From assembly GCA_965649265.1 (NCBI GenBank), contig CBFGKC010000001.1, positions 109,119 through 173,118 of the forward strand: a stretch of DNA of 64,000 nucleotides. Direction: 5' to 3'. The notes below the pieces were generated by a model, which was not told the origin of the DNA, ran no database searches, and worked only from the letters and a program-made list of their open reading frames with translations. The translations under genes were made by a program, and so were the position numbers. This DNA comes from a candidate division WOR-3 bacterium. GTDB lineage: Bacteria > Hydrothermota > Tepidihabitantia > B3-TA06. This document shows positions 18,274 through 29,319 of the stretch, piece by piece (position 1 is the stretch's first letter; every line of letters starts with the position of its first letter).

Positions 18274-19725
18274 TTAACGGGCTATTTCCTTGGCTATTTC
18301 CTTGAGGATGCCTGCGGATTTCATCCGGTCCGAAGGCAGGCAGGTCATGGTTTTGGTGTTGCGAACCTCCACCGAAACCTTTATCTCAGGTTTTGTCGGG
18401 TCCGTATTGATGACGAACGCCGGACCGGTGACCCGCTCTCTTAAAAGCGAAAGCGCAAAATTAAGATTGGCAACTTCCTCCTCCACTCCCGAATTCGCGA
18501 GAAGTATGATTCCCTGCACCTTTGCCACGAACGTCTGCCAGAGGGGCGCGAAGCGCTTGGCTCCCGGAAGCCCGTAGAGGTTGAACTGGTAAGGGCCTAT
18601 CACCACCTTGCCGAAATTTAAAACCTTGTCCTCCGATTTAAGGGAGTCCTCCTCACCCGAAACGGTGTGGATGAAGATGTTTCGGGAATCCCTGTCGGTG
18701 CCTATAACGACAAGATTGAATACGTGCGTAATGGCCTGCGGCTTTAGCTCATCCCCGCCTGCCTCCTCGATATCCGCGCGCTGGCCCAGCTCCGCCACTC
18801 CCGCCGAAATCATCGTCTTGAGAACCTCGAGGGTTCCGAAATCGGAGAAAGGGCTTTCCGTAAGCAGCTGGCGCACCGTCAGCTTTCCGTCCGCGAGCTC
18901 GGCAATGTAACTCTGCTCATCATTGAGCTCCCGTCCGTTGGCATGAATCACCGGGACGGCGTCCAGATTAAGCTCCTGCTTTATTCGCTCCGCCTCGTCC
19001 AGCTCCCGCAGCGACTCGAATATCGCCTCGTCGGTCTGGTTCTGTATCGAAGGGATCACTGAAAGACTCTCCGTGAGCTTCACCTTGAAGGTACCCTCGG
19101 ACCACGAAAGCAGAGTGGGCAGAGCGGCGAGGCCGTGCTTGTTGCGGTAGTTGGCGGCTATGAGTTTTCCGGCGGCAAGGTAAAGGACTCCCTGCTCACC
19201 GGAGGATTCCAGATACACCTCGCCCGTCTTCTGGCCGAAGGAGAGCATCTGTAAAAGATCAATAACACCGAGATCCTCGATTCTTCCCGATGTCGCGACC
19301 TCGGACTCCTCCGAGCGCTTGAATGTCTCGCGGTAGCGCGCGTAGCGGTCCAGGAGAATTTCCATGCGCGCGAGCAACTCCCTGAACTCGAAGGGTTTCG
19401 TGAGATAATCGTCGGCTCCAAGCCTCAATCCTTTTACCTTATCCTGCGTGTCGGCGAGTGCCGAGAGAAATATGAACGGGATATTGCTCAGGTGCTCCGT
19501 TCCCCTTATGCGCTCGCAGAGCGCGTAGCCGTCCATTCCGGGCATCATTATGTCGGCAATCACTATGTCTGGCGCGTTTCCCTGCGCCTTCTCGAGCGCG
19601 ACGTTCGCCGATGACGCCACCGTGACGTCGAAGCCTTGCTCCGAGAGCCTTATCTCCAGGAGATTCAAAAGATGCGGATCGTCGTCAACGACGAGGACTT
19701 TGTATGTCGGAACCTTGGCGTTCAC
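18274..19725 (-). CDS. response regulator: REC + DUF4388 (PatA-N) + winged-helix-like + MglA-like degenerate small GTPase domain
   Basis: REC VDDD…DIMMP…KPF. DUF4388 [16 protein letters not shown]…TG…G.LY…GKL..A…W.EG.F. C-terminus LNFGKV…[12 protein letters not shown] resembles MglA/CvnD DFG…LFGTPGQ.RF..MW. Confidence 0.75.
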   Translation of the reverse strand: MNAKVPTYKVLVVDDDPHLLNLLEIRLSEQGFDVTVASSANVALEKAQGNAPDIVIADIMMPGMDGYALCERIRGTEHLSNIPFIFLSALADTQDKVKGLRLGADDYLTKPFEFRELLARMEILLDRYARYRETFKRSEESEVATSGRIEDLGVIDLLQMLSFGQKTGEVYLESSGEQGVLYLAAGKLIAANYRNKHGLAALPTLLSWSEGTFKVKLTESLSVIPSIQNQTDEAIFESLRELDEAERIKQELNLDAVPVIHANGRELNDEQSYIAELADGKLTVRQLLTESPFSDFGTLEVLKTMISAGVAELGQRADIEEAGGDELKPQAITHVFNLVVIGTDRDSRNIFIHTVSGEEDSLKSEDKVLNFGKVVIGPYQFNLYGLPGAKRFAPLWQTFVAKVQGIILLANSGVEEEVANLNFALSLLRERVTGPAFVINTDPTKPEIKVSVEVRNTKTMTCLPSDRMKSAGILKEIAKEIAR

Positions 19726-20108
19726 GGCTTGTTCCTTGCAGAGGTGCGTTCAAGAACCGCCGCTATATCCGCCGCCACCTGCCGCGTGTCTATGGGTTTG
19801 GCTATGAAACCGTCGCACCCGCACGCGTTGACTATCTCCTCGTCATGCCTGTCGGATATTGCCGTGACCGCTATCACCGGTATCTTCTTCAAATCCACAT
19901 CTCTCTTTATGATTCGGGTCGCCTCGTAGCCGTCCATTCCGGGCAGATGCATGTCCATGAGAATCAAATCGGGTTTGAGTTCCCTTGCCAGCGCTATGCC
20001 CTCATCGGCGGTCTGGGCGCATCTTACCACGTGGCCGACCATTTCCAGAAGCACGCGCAGGAGCTCCTGGTTGCCTTCGTTATCCTCAACCACGAGAATG
20101 GTGCTCAC
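19722..20108 (-). CDS. single-domain response regulator (DivK/CheY-like)
   Basis: ILVVEDN…ILMDMHLPGMDG…IPVIAVTA…GCDGFIAKPID. GTGA overlaps with both neighbours. Confidence 0.9.
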   Translation of the reverse strand: MSTILVVEDNEGNQELLRVLLEMVGHVVRCAQTADEGIALARELKPDLILMDMHLPGMDGYEATRIIKRDVDLKKIPVIAVTAISDRHDEEIVNACGCDGFIAKPIDTRQVAADIAAVLERTSARNKP

Positions 20109-21658
20109 GACTGTTTCTCCTCGGTCGTCTGGCGGCCCAGGAGCTCGCCGATCTTGCGCCTGAGCGATGTACGATCGAGCTGGGCCTTGGTGAATATATC
20201 CCTGATGTTGCGGCCAAGATTGGCGCGGTCTATCTCCGTCAAATCCTTCGCGGTAAACAAAATCACGGGCAGGCTCTTCGTAATCTCATCCGACTCGAGC
20301 AGCCGCATGACGTCGAAGCCGTCGAGGTCGGGCATCATCAAATCGAGAACCACGAGGTCGGGTTTCTCCTTGCGCGCCGTCTTTACCCCCTCCACCCCGC
20401 TCGCGGCCTTCAGCACCTCGTAGCCGTCAATCTTGAGCATCTCCTCGATGAGACTTATATCCGCGGGATTGTCGTCAATGACGAGCACGCGGTGTGTCTT
20501 GCGGCCCTTCTGGGCGAGCCGCTCAATCTTGGACAGGAGTTCGAGTCTTGCGACCGGTTTGACCATGTAGTCCACGGCTCCAAGCGAGAGCCCGAAGCTC
20601 TTGTCCTCCACAATCGAAACGACGATTATCGGAATATCCTTTGTCTCCGGAAGCTCCTTTAACCGGTGAAGCACGCGCCAGCCGTCCATCTCGGGAAGAA
20701 GAATGTCCAGCGTTATCGCGGCCGGCAGGAGGGTTATTGCCTTGCGCAGCGCCTCCTCCCCAGTCGTTGCGACCTCGACCTTGTAGCCGGCGTCCGCGAG
20801 CCACACAGACATGAGATTTGCCGCAAGCTGGTTGTCCTCGACCACGAGAACGGGCTTGTCGGTGGGCGGAGGAAGCTTTTCCTTCAACTCGCCGGCGGCG
20901 GCCTCCATTGCCGGAGTCTTGGGCTGCTCGAACTTGACGAACGGGAGCTTTATCGTGAACGTGGAGCCCTTGCCGGGTGCGCTCGAGACGTCAATGGACC
21001 CGCCCTGAATCTCAAGAAGCTTCTTTACGAGCGCGAGCCCGAGCCCCGTGCCCTCATATCTTCTTGTGGTAGATGCATCCACCTGATGGAATGCGTCGAA
21101 AACCTTTTTTATTTCCTCCTCCTCGATCCCTATCCCCGTGTCCGAGACCGAGACCACCAGCTTGTCACTTATCTTGCCGGCCTTGATGTTCACGTTGCCC
21201 TTCTCGGTGAACTTGACCGCGTTGGAAAGGAGGTTGTCTATAATCTGGGCAAGCTTGCGCCGGTCGGTCAACAAAGTCTCCAGAGGCTCAATCTCGACAG
21301 TTATCTTTATTCCCTTTCTCTCCGCCAGCACGTTGTATGCCTTCAGGACATCATCCACAATCAGCGCGAGATCGGTCGGTTCGTTGAATATCTCGAGCAT
21401 ACCGGCCTCGAGCCTTGAGAAATCCAGAATGTCGTTCACGAGACGCAGAAGGTGGGTTCCCGACGAGTGTATGATGCTTATATAATGAGATTGCTTTTCG
21501 TTAAGACCGCCGACAAGACCGTCCATGAGGAGTTCCGAGAATCCTATTATCGAGTTCAAGGGCGTACGGAGTTCGTGGCTCATGCTTGCTAAAAACTGAG
21601 ACTTGAGCCTTGCGGTCTCAATAATCTCCTGGGCTCTTTTGTTATCGTCCTGCTTCAA
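20105..21658 (-). CDS. hybrid histidine kinase HisKA-HATPase-REC-REC, no sensor domain
   Basis: H-box SHELRTPL at about residue 28, NLLSNAVKFT, DTGIG, GTGLGL, two receivers. TTG start after AGGAGG. Confidence 0.9.
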   Translation of the reverse strand: MKQDDNKRAQEIIETARLKSQFLASMSHELRTPLNSIIGFSELLMDGLVGGLNEKQSHYISIIHSSGTHLLRLVNDILDFSRLEAGMLEIFNEPTDLALIVDDVLKAYNVLAERKGIKITVEIEPLETLLTDRRKLAQIIDNLLSNAVKFTEKGNVNIKAGKISDKLVVSVSDTGIGIEEEEIKKVFDAFHQVDASTTRRYEGTGLGLALVKKLLEIQGGSIDVSSAPGKGSTFTIKLPFVKFEQPKTPAMEAAAGELKEKLPPPTDKPVLVVEDNQLAANLMSVWLADAGYKVEVATTGEEALRKAITLLPAAITLDILLPEMDGWRVLHRLKELPETKDIPIIVVSIVEDKSFGLSLGAVDYMVKPVARLELLSKIERLAQKGRKTHRVLVIDDNPADISLIEEMLKIDGYEVLKAASGVEGVKTARKEKPDLVVLDLMMPDLDGFDVMRLLESDEITKSLPVILFTAKDLTEIDRANLGRNIRDIFTKAQLDRTSLRRKIGELLGRQTTEEKQS

Positions 21659-21700
21659 CTGGCCTCCTAGGCGAAAAGCATAAAACCGTGGTAGATATGT

Positions 21701-21728
21701 AGTTTAAGCCGGGTTTAAGAATTGTCAA
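21701..21728 (-). promoter_or_regulatory. sigma70-type promoter of the kinase-…-fusA operon
   Basis: TTGACA-N16-TAAACT. Confidence 0.65.
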
Positions 21729-22240
21729 GATGTAACGTTTCTAAAAAAGCGAAAAATTAAACGAATATCCCGGAAACTTAACACCGTAAAAACTTGCAGC
21801 AAATAAACGCTCGAGTCTTTCCCTAGGTGTGTAAAAAAGTGCCTCTTATTTCATCTTCTGTGCCGCGTATATTCATCCTCTATATAATATGTACATACCG
21901 CACGAATCATTTTGGGACACTTAAAGCTGTCGGGAACCCCGTTCATCGAGCCCGTCATTTGGACCTGCTGCGGACCCCCTCCCCCCTGTCACTCGACTCT
22001 CACCGATCTCCATCGACGAACGCCGGCTTTTACCCTTTGCTGCAAGCTCCTCTAAAAACAAGGTTCATACGCCGTTTAGCTCGCAGCCTTCAAGCCCCTG
22101 ACGGTACTTAGCGCAGGCCGATTGTATCGGAGACATAATATTAATAGTTCTTGCTTGATTAATGTATTGTTTCTTAAATCGATACCGATTCGATACCTGC
22201 CTGTGGGGAGCATGGTCAAGTGGAATGGTGCTTACGAGTA

Positions 22241-22269
22241 TTGACATCCAAAACTTACAGGGGTATACT
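22241..22269 (+). promoter_or_regulatory. sigma70-type promoter of the large PAS kinase
   Basis: TTGACA-N17-TATACT. Confidence 0.75.
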
Positions 22270-22366
22270 ATCCTTGAATTTGGATCGGTTGTATGAATTC
22301 CGGACAGGGGAATCACGCAACCTCCGTCTTAAACCAGGATTTGCACATCAAGGAGGGTAATGCCTG

Positions 22367-25300
22367 ATGGGCAGAAATTCCGGTGCGGCCGAAGGGCCTG
22401 TAACCGTCGAAAAAGAAAGGAAAATCAAGGACGTATTCCGCGTGAGGCTTATTCGTGGATTTCTGTTTTGGGGAGTGGTTGCAGGCGCGCTCATGTGGTT
22501 TACAGGGACCCTGATCGAGAGCGTCTTCTTTACTTACCGCCCGTATCTCGAGCAGCTGCTTTATCCGGCGACTTATACGCTGGTCGTTCACATCTCATCG
22601 TCTTTGATATGCGTCGGTGTGGGTGTCGCACTCGAGCTCGCCCACAAACGCTACCGCAAGAGCCAGAACCGGCGTGCTGAGGAACTATCCACCCTTTTCG
22701 AAACCAGCGCGGCGGTATCTTCGACTCTTGATGAGTCCGACCTCAGACAGTTGATTGTCGACAGGGCGGGCGAGCTTTTGCGCGCGGACGGCTGCATCTT
22801 TTACGGCTACGACGAGGTTCAAAAAGTGCTTGTGCCCATGGCCACGAGCGTCAACCTTTACCGGGAAGAGATAATGCGGTTCAACGTACCCATGGGCGAG
22901 GGAATCACGGGGCGCGCCGCGCTCGAGCGTCGTACGATTCTCGCGAATAAGGTGCATCTCAATCCCGAGGCAAAGCACATTCCGGGTACACCAAACAACC
23001 CGACGTCGATTCTTGCGGCACCTCTGGTCTCGGGCAGCGAGTTCCTCGGCGCCATGAGCGTTCTTCGCCTGAGCGAAAGGGATTTCAACGAGCATGACCT
23101 GGGCCTTTTCACCCTTTTCGTGAGCCAGGCTTCCGAGGCTGCGGGGCACTCAAGGCTCTTCAGCAGGCTGCGCGAATCGGAGAAGCGTTTCCGCAGCTTT
23201 GAAGGTGTGGTCACCGATATGATCTACCGGTACGATACCGGCCGCAAGGATTACGACTTCATCTCTCCTTCCTTCGAGACCATGACCGGATACACCATCG
23301 CGGAGATCCGGAAAAACCCGCCGCATTTCTGGGAGAACCTCGTGTACCCAGAGGACGCCCAGAGGGTGAAAGACGAGATCAAGACCCAGCTCTCCACCCG
23401 GGGGGGCGACGATTCGTACAACCTTGAATACAGGATCGTAGCCAAGTCGGGTGAGGTGCTTTGCGTGAACGAGCGCGGCAACTTCGAGCTGGACAGGGAT
23501 GGTAATATAGCGAGCTTTAACGGCGTCGTAAGAGACATAACGGAACGCAAACACACCGAGCTTCTTAGAGAAGTTAAAGCCAGGCTGCTCGAAAAGCTGC
23601 GCCAGGCCGGGAGCATCGAGGACTGCCTCAACCGGGGCTGCCAGGCCGTCAGTGAGGCAAGGCTCTTCAAACGCGCGATTTTCACCACGAAGGACGAGAA
23701 CGGTATGACCACCCACATCGGCCAGACCGGGATAGACCGGGCGCTGCTCGAAGAGATGAACAAAAAGCCGCCTGCTCCGAAAGAGCTGCTTGCGCGCGTC
23801 CTCAGGGAAGAGTTCAAGATAAGCCACTCGTACTTTGTAACCGCAGAATCGGGAGCCAACCTGGAGATAGCAAAAACCGGCCGGTATCTCTTGCAAGAGG
23901 AATCGTCCGGAGCGGGACCCAACGCCTGGCAAAGGGGAGACGAACTTCTCGTTCCGATGTTCGGTATGGACGGTTCGATGGAGAGTTTCCTTACCGTGGA
24001 CACGCCTTACAGCGGCGCGCGTCCCGACAAGGCTACGGTGTTATATCTCGAAGACATTGCCGATATTGTGGCACGCCAGATTCACGAGATTGAGAATCTC
24101 GAGGCACTCCGGACCTCGGAGGAGCTGAGCAGGACGGTAATTGAGCGTTCTCCTCTGGGGGTCTCAATACGAAACAAAAACGGCAAGCTTTTGAGTGCGA
24201 ACGAAGCCTGGAAGAAAATCTGGGCTATGCCGGAAGTGGAATACAGGGCGGATTTGAAAAGGGAGAGACAGGAGCTTCACTTTGAAAAAAGGGACTCGTA
24301 TCTTAAAACCTGGCAGCCGCAGGTCAGGGAGATATACGAGAAGGGCGGGTACCTGCATATCCCGGAGGTCCAGGTTCTGAATCCAAGGCCGGGCGGTGCC
24401 CTGTGGGTATCGCACCATTTTTACGCGATAAGGGGTTCGTCGGGTGAGGTAAGCAATGTGGTGATTCTCACGGAGGACATCTCGGACCATAAAAAGGCCG
24501 AAGAGGCGCTCATGGATTCGGAGGAACGTTACCGCAGCCTTACGGAGAGCGCTCTCGTGGGGATATACATCTTCTCGCCCGATAACCGCTTTCTTTACGC
24601 GAACCCGGCTACCGAAAAGATTTTCGGATACACGCGCGAAGAGCTTATGGCGATGGAGAACCCCTGGGGTGTCGTCCTCGAAGAAGACATTGAAAACGTC
24701 ATAAACGAACGTGAAAGGATGCGGTTGCGCGGAGAGTTCGTGCCTCCGACGTACGACCTTCGCATACGCCGCAAATCCGGCGAGGTGGCGGTTCTCGAGA
24801 TCAAATCGCACCCGATAATATTCGAAGGCAAAACGGCCTACCTGGGCAACTGCATCGACATAACCGAGCGTAAAAGAGTCCAGGATGCGCTTTCGAGGGA
24901 GCACAGCGCATTCAGGATAATAGCCGAGGCATCCATTCGCGCCGAGAATATTCCCGATTTGTGCCAGCGTGTGCTTTCGGGACTTGTTGACGCGCTCGGT
25001 TTCGACGCCGGAACCTTCAGGCTCTACGACGAGGGGGAAAGCGTTCTCGAACTGGTTGCATCTGTGGGCCTGAGGGAAGAGGAAAAAGCCAATCTCGTGT
25101 ACTTGCAGACTATCGACGACCCTCGTTACGTGGCCGCGTTTACGGCGCGTACGCGCAAGCCGTTGATTGTTCCTGACGTCGCTAAGGAAGAAATGCTCGA
25201 TCCTTACCTCGAAAGGCTGAATAAATTTTCCGAGCGCTCGCTCATATCATGGCCCATGCTCGGTGCGCGGGAGAATCTTCTCGGGATATGGCATCTGTGG

Positions 25301-27601
25301 TCGAGGGAAAGGGTCGAAATCTCAGGTACCGATCAGAGCTTCTTTGAACGAGTCTCAGGCATGTTCGGCGCTGCACTCGAACGCAAGCACGCGGAGGAGG
25401 CGCTTCGCGAATCCGAGGAGCGCTACCGCGCGTTCACCGAGGAGGCAATGGTCGGCGTTTACATATACCGCGAGGGCAGTTTCCTTTTCGTGAACCGGGA
25501 GATGGAGCGCATCTCAGGATACTCGAGGGAGGAACTCCTAGCCAACCCTCCCGACATCATGGTTCTTCCCGAGGAGGAGGAGAGTCTGAAGGCGCGTGAG
25601 CGCGACCAGAAGGAGGGCAGGGAGGTTCCGAGACAGTACAACATGAGAATCTATCGTAAGACCGGCGAGATATCGATGCTCGAGGTCCGCACGAGGCCCA
25701 TCATCTACGGCGGCGAAATGGCCTTCCTGGGCAACTGCGTGGACGTGACCGAGGTCCGCAAGATGCAAGAAGCGCTTAGTGAATCCGAGGAGCGCTACCG
25801 TGTTCTCACCGAGGAAGCCATGATGGGCATCTACGTCGCATCGGGCTCCAGATTCGTATTCGCAAACCCGGCCATGGAGAAAATAACGGGCTATTCGAGG
25901 GAAGAGCTTCTCGGGCTCTCGCTGGAGGATATTATCCATCCGGAGGAACTAGATGTAGCAAAGGAGCGCGAAAGTCAGCTTAAACCCGGTGAACCCGACC
26001 AGTACAACATGAGAATCAAGAAAAAGGACGGTGGTCTGGCAGTGCTCGAGGTGCGCACCAGGCCGCTCTCCTCGACAGGGGAAGGGTCAGTCTTTTTGGG
26101 CAACTGCGTGGATGTGACCGAACTCGTGAACCAGAGGGCGCAAATCGAGCACGCGAAGCTTGAATGGGAACGCACCTTCGATTCGATACCGGACATGGTA
26201 ATGATACTCGACATCCAGCAGAATATCATCAGGGCAAACAGAGCGGTGGCCGAATACATGGCAGTGGGCTTTCCGGAACTTTTGGGCAAGAAATACCTTG
26301 AAGTCTTTCACTTGAAAGGCAGGGAAAGCGCCGCGATCCGCAGGATACAGTCAAAGATTCCCGAGCACTTTGAGATAGCCGATCCCGTGACGAAGAGAAC
26401 GTTCTCGGTCTCTGTCGCCCCTCTTCTCGATCCATCGGGCGAGGTGCTTGCGAGGGTTTACGTGGCCCGTGACATAACGGACATGAGGAGCATAGAGGAG
26501 GCGCTCGTTCAGTCCGAAGCACAGTTCAGAGGGCTTGCCGAAAGCGCACAGGACGTCATATTCAGCCTCGATCATGAAGGAAAAGTCCTCTACATCAACC
26601 CGGCGCTGAAGGAGATTTTCGACTACGACCCCGCCAGTATAGTGGGGGTGACGGTAAGAGATCTTATCGAAACAAGGAACGTGCCGGCCTCGACGCGATC
26701 GGTCATATACGAGAATCTCTTTGAGCGAACACTTAAGGGGAAAACGGCCGTTTTCGAGATAGAGATAGAGGATGCGTCCAAACGCATCCACGTTCTTGAG
26801 GTCTCTGTAAGAAAACTCCCGAACCAGATTCTGGGAATTGCTCGCGACATCACGAATCGCAAGCGAATGGAAGAACAGCTCATAAGGGCTTCCAAGCTGG
26901 CATCCATAGGCGTACTGGCCGCAGGCATCGCGCACCAGGTCAACAATCCCCTCGCGATCATGCTCGCCACTTCCACCGTGCTGCGGGATATTATTTCTTC
27001 GAACTCCCAGATACCGCCTCAGGTGTCCGAGGAAGCTTCAAAATACCTCGATACCATGGAGATACAGGTCGAGAGAACTCGCAGGGTCGTTTCAGGTCTC
27101 CTTGAATTCACCCAGCCCAAGCGAAGCGAGGTCGAGCCCTCGGACGTTAACGTGATTGTCAGCGAAGCACTCGAACTGCTTGCCGATCCGCTCGATTCAT
27201 CCAACCTTGACCTCGACGTCACGTTCGACGACGATCTGCCGCTCGTACTGGTCGATCCTGTTGCCTTGCAGCAATCTCTCATCAACATTATCCAGAATGC
27301 CTATGAAGCCATGAACGGAAAGGGCAAGCTTGAGGTAAAAATAGAAAGATCAGGGAGCGATACCATCCGCATTACGCTCTCCGATAACGGCCCTGGGATT
27401 CCGCCTTATTTGAAGGAAGAAATATTCGAGCCGTTATTCACGACGAAGACTGACAGAAAGGGCACCGGTCTTGGGCTTCCAGTGAGTGTCATGCTCCTGG
27501 AACGCTTTGGCGGCAGTATTCGTCTCGAGGATACTCCCGGCGGCGGAGCGACGTTCGTTATAGAAGTTCCGATACGAGAAAAGGAGCAGGATGCAAGCTG
27601 A
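22367..27601 (+). CDS. membrane-anchored multi-GAF/PAS histidine kinase (NtrB-like core), 1744 aa
   Basis: Two N-terminal TM segments, GAF domains, many PAS/PAC units (SEERYR…DITERK). H-box AGIAHQVNNPL, NA.EA, DNGPG, FTTK…GTGLGL. Confidence 0.9.
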   Translation: MGRNSGAAEGPVTVEKERKIKDVFRVRLIRGFLFWGVVAGALMWFTGTLIESVFFTYRPYLEQLLYPATYTLVVHISSSLICVGVGVALELAHKRYRKSQNRRAEELSTLFETSAAVSSTLDESDLRQLIVDRAGELLRADGCIFYGYDEVQKVLVPMATSVNLYREEIMRFNVPMGEGITGRAALERRTILANKVHLNPEAKHIPGTPNNPTSILAAPLVSGSEFLGAMSVLRLSERDFNEHDLGLFTLFVSQASEAAGHSRLFSRLRESEKRFRSFEGVVTDMIYRYDTGRKDYDFISPSFETMTGYTIAEIRKNPPHFWENLVYPEDAQRVKDEIKTQLSTRGGDDSYNLEYRIVAKSGEVLCVNERGNFELDRDGNIASFNGVVRDITERKHTELLREVKARLLEKLRQAGSIEDCLNRGCQAVSEARLFKRAIFTTKDENGMTTHIGQTGIDRALLEEMNKKPPAPKELLARVLREEFKISHSYFVTAESGANLEIAKTGRYLLQEESSGAGPNAWQRGDELLVPMFGMDGSMESFLTVDTPYSGARPDKATVLYLEDIADIVARQIHEIENLEALRTSEELSRTVIERSPLGVSIRNKNGKLLSANEAWKKIWAMPEVEYRADLKRERQELHFEKRDSYLKTWQPQVREIYEKGGYLHIPEVQVLNPRPGGALWVSHHFYAIRGSSGEVSNVVILTEDISDHKKAEEALMDSEERYRSLTESALVGIYIFSPDNRFLYANPATEKIFGYTREELMAMENPWGVVLEEDIENVINERERMRLRGEFVPPTYDLRIRRKSGEVAVLEIKSHPIIFEGKTAYLGNCIDITERKRVQDALSREHSAFRIIAEASIRAENIPDLCQRVLSGLVDALGFDAGTFRLYDEGESVLELVASVGLREEEKANLVYLQTIDDPRYVAAFTARTRKPLIVPDVAKEEMLDPYLERLNKFSERSLISWPMLGARENLLGIWHLWSRERVEISGTDQSFFERVSGMFGAALERKHAEEALRESEERYRAFTEEAMVGVYIYREGSFLFVNREMERISGYSREELLANPPDIMVLPEEEESLKARERDQKEGREVPRQYNMRIYRKTGEISMLEVRTRPIIYGGEMAFLGNCVDVTEVRKMQEALSESEERYRVLTEEAMMGIYVASGSRFVFANPAMEKITGYSREELLGLSLEDIIHPEELDVAKERESQLKPGEPDQYNMRIKKKDGGLAVLEVRTRPLSSTGEGSVFLGNCVDVTELVNQRAQIEHAKLEWERTFDSIPDMVMILDIQQNIIRANRAVAEYMAVGFPELLGKKYLEVFHLKGRESAAIRRIQSKIPEHFEIADPVTKRTFSVSVAPLLDPSGEVLARVYVARDITDMRSIEEALVQSEAQFRGLAESAQDVIFSLDHEGKVLYINPALKEIFDYDPASIVGVTVRDLIETRNVPASTRSVIYENLFERTLKGKTAVFEIEIEDASKRIHVLEVSVRKLPNQILGIARDITNRKRMEEQLIRASKLASIGVLAAGIAHQVNNPLAIMLATSTVLRDIISSNSQIPPQVSEEASKYLDTMEIQVERTRRVVSGLLEFTQPKRSEVEPSDVNVIVSEALELLADPLDSSNLDLDVTFDDDLPLVLVDPVALQQSLINIIQNAYEAMNGKGKLEVKIERSGSDTIRITLSDNGPGIPPYLKEEIFEPLFTTKTDRKGTGLGLPVSVMLLERFGGSIRLEDTPGGGATFVIEVPIREKEQDAS

Positions 27602-28985
27602 AGAATCGAAAGAGAGGATAAGGGTTCTCCTTGTTGACGATGAAAGGTCCTTTCTCGAGGCGACGTCAAAGGCGCTGAACGTGAGAGGCTGCGATATTGC
27701 CGTTGCATCGAGTGCGATGGACGCAATGGTCGAACTGGAATCGAGGTTCTTTGATGTTGTCGTTCTTGATCTCCGCATGCCCGGCATGGACGGGCTCGAA
27801 CTCATGCGCAAGCTTAACGCCGAGCGCCCCACCCAAAAGGTAGTGATCGTCACGGGCCACGCCACGGTCTCGACGGCGGTGGAGGCAATGAAGCTGGGCG
27901 CATTCGAGTTTCTCTTGAAACCCGTGAGAATAGACGATCTCCTTCGCGTGATACAGCGCGGGGCCGAGCTGGGACATCTTGAGCGCCAGAACATCGCGCT
28001 TGCCGAGGAACTCGAACGGCAGCGCGGTTCGGACAAGATAGTCGGTGAAAGCCAGGCCATCAAGAGCGTCAAGGAGTTCATAGACGATGCGGCGGCATCG
28101 AATCTTCCGGTGCTCATAACCGGTGAAAGCGGGACAGGTAAGGAACTCGTTGCCCGCGCGATACATGCGCGGAGCAATCGCTCGGCGAACCAGCTCGTGA
28201 TCGTTGACGGCTCCACCCTTCGTGAAGAGCTCATCGCCTCCGAGCTGTTCGGACACGAGAAAGGCGCCTTTACGGGGGCCGTCACGAAAAAAGCGGGTCT
28301 GTTTGAGATAGCCGACAGAGGGTGTATTTTTCTCGACGAGATAGCCGAACTCTCCGCGTCCAACCAGGCCGCTCTGTTGCGCGTCATCGAGTACGGAACG
28401 TTCAGGCCGCTTGGAGGGTTAAGGGAGGTTCACACGAACGTGCGCATCATTGCCGCGACCAACCAGGATACAAAATGCCTTGTCGCCGAGGGCAGGTTCA
28501 GGGAGGACCTCTTTTACAGGCTCGCCGGCCTGATCATAAAGATACCGCCCCTGCGCGAGCGCAAGGAGGACATACCCGTTCTGACCGATTTCTTCCTTTC
28601 ACGCCACAACGTATCCAACGCGTCGCAGGTGAAAATATCCAGCCAAGCCCGGGAGGCTCTTCTCGAATACTCATGGCCGGGAAACGTGCGCGAGCTCTTG
28701 TACGTTCTGGAACGCGCCGCTCTCCTGGGCCGCAAGGAGGGTGTGATAACGGCCAACCTTGTTCCCGCGACCGACCGTAAAGATGAAGCGACCTCCGGCC
28801 AGCCTGCAGGGGAGTTTTGCCCAAAGGACAAGCCCACGCTCGCGGAGCTCTCGGCCCGTTACGAACAAGCCTACATAGGCAAGCTGCTTGCCGAGTTCGG
28901 CGGAAACAAGTCCGAGGTCGCAAGGGTGCTCGGGATAAGCAGATCCGTGCTCTACGACAAGCTGCGGAAGCTGGGACTGGAATAA
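27591..28985 (+). CDS. sigma54-dependent response regulator (NtrC/AtoC family)
   Basis: REC, GESGTGKE, intact GAFTGA, FLDEI, FREDLFYRL, WPGNVREL, Fis-type HTH. Confidence 0.93.
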   Translation: MQAEESKERIRVLLVDDERSFLEATSKALNVRGCDIAVASSAMDAMVELESRFFDVVVLDLRMPGMDGLELMRKLNAERPTQKVVIVTGHATVSTAVEAMKLGAFEFLLKPVRIDDLLRVIQRGAELGHLERQNIALAEELERQRGSDKIVGESQAIKSVKEFIDDAAASNLPVLITGESGTGKELVARAIHARSNRSANQLVIVDGSTLREELIASELFGHEKGAFTGAVTKKAGLFEIADRGCIFLDEIAELSASNQAALLRVIEYGTFRPLGGLREVHTNVRIIAATNQDTKCLVAEGRFREDLFYRLAGLIIKIPPLRERKEDIPVLTDFFLSRHNVSNASQVKISSQAREALLEYSWPGNVRELLYVLERAALLGRKEGVITANLVPATDRKDEATSGQPAGEFCPKDKPTLAELSARYEQAYIGKLLAEFGGNKSEVARVLGISRSVLYDKLRKLGLE

Positions 28986-28989
28986 ACCG

Positions 28990-29025
28990 CCCCATAAAAA
29001 TACAGGGTGTTTTTATGGGGACCCC
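28990..29025. repeat. 14-3-14 hairpin repeat with ACCCC tail
   Basis: CCCCATAAAAATAC-AGG-GTGTTTTTATGGGG-ACCCC, 4 bp after stop 28985. Confidence 0.8.
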
Positions 29026-29319
29026 AAATAAACATCCCAGGAAACCGCTTCGAGTTTCCTTAGGGACAACACTACGTTATAGCTCCGAGAGTTTCATCCT
29101 TCAGAACTACCCACGGCAGCTGCACCTTCGAATGGAAGCCCGGAAATCAGTTCCTGGCTTTCGGGAACCTTTTAAAAAAAACCTTCGCGGGCTTGCGAAA
29201 GCGGTATGACGATCGATTTTAAAAGAGAACCATCCTCGCCTGAGATACCTTGAGTCTGTTCGCGATGCTCCAATGCTTGAGGAGGAGGGGGGGCGAAGCG
29301 AATCGAGCCGACGATTACA

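Noticed and set aside
21830-22200. Small ORFs or ncRNA in the large divergent gap
   Set aside because: No SD-supported ORF or convincing fold that I could identify by eye.
27434-28387. Long antisense ORFs (also 4151..5167, 38407..39345, 49206..50003, 23150..24003)
   Set aside because: They are shadow frames of well-supported genes in GC-rich codon context, with no recognisable motifs.
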